Shown here: one piece after another, positions 63,999-64,000 of the stretch
Layout: each line of letters begins with the position of its first letter
Numbering within the stretch: position 1 is the first letter of the stretch
NCBI GenBank assembly: GCA_019828565.1
Contig: JAHDYR010000066.1
Span: forward strand, 1 to 64,000
Direction: 5' to 3'
Length of the DNA stretch: 64,000 nucleotides
DNA from: Carpediemonas membranifera BICM
Lineage: Eukaryota; Protista; Fornicata
Translations under genes and position numbers: made by a program
Notes under the pieces: model-generated
Databases searched by the model: none
Seen by the model: only the letters and a program-made list of their open reading frames with translations
Told to the model about the DNA's origin: nothing

Positions 63999-64000
63999 CC

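Noticed and set aside
1-64000. tRNA/rRNA genes and prokaryotic operon or defence-island interpretation
   Set aside because: No cloverleaf or rRNA signature was recognised by eye; gene content and introns are eukaryotic.

Overview
Gene-dense, GC-rich eukaryotic DNA, not prokaryotic. It holds about 30 mostly single-exon genes with short intergenic spacers and several inferred ultra-short (28-43 nt) GT-AG introns. Pyruvate:ferredoxin oxidoreductase, cilium/centriole-type genes and the tiny introns suggest an anaerobic flagellate, plausibly a Carpediemonas-like fornicate metamonad (inference only). Recognisable genes include RAD50, a MACPF protein, a FAE1-type ketoacyl-CoA synthase, a CLC antiporter, PFO, Piwi/Argonaute, histone H4, RTF2, CCDC93, TRAPPC5 (disrupted), RPLP2, a SUMO protease, RPN11, SF3B4 and VPS29. 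Both ends of the window are mobile DNA. The left end is a 5'-truncated Ty3/Gypsy chromovirus integrase followed by a polypurine tract. The right end is a degenerating Fanzor1-like (eukaryotic TnpB-derived, RNA-guided RuvC nuclease) locus with a candidate omegaRNA. Its 27-bp 3' terminus recurs joined directly onto Fanzor coding sequence, which predicts a self-targeting guide. Other oddities: PFO has an in-frame loss of its TPP-binding core, H4 lacks K20, an inverted H4 3'-end copy with the histone stem-loop directly follows a PWI-domain gene, and there is a TPP1/Est3-like OB-fold protein. All assignments come from motif recognition by eye; no database searches were run.
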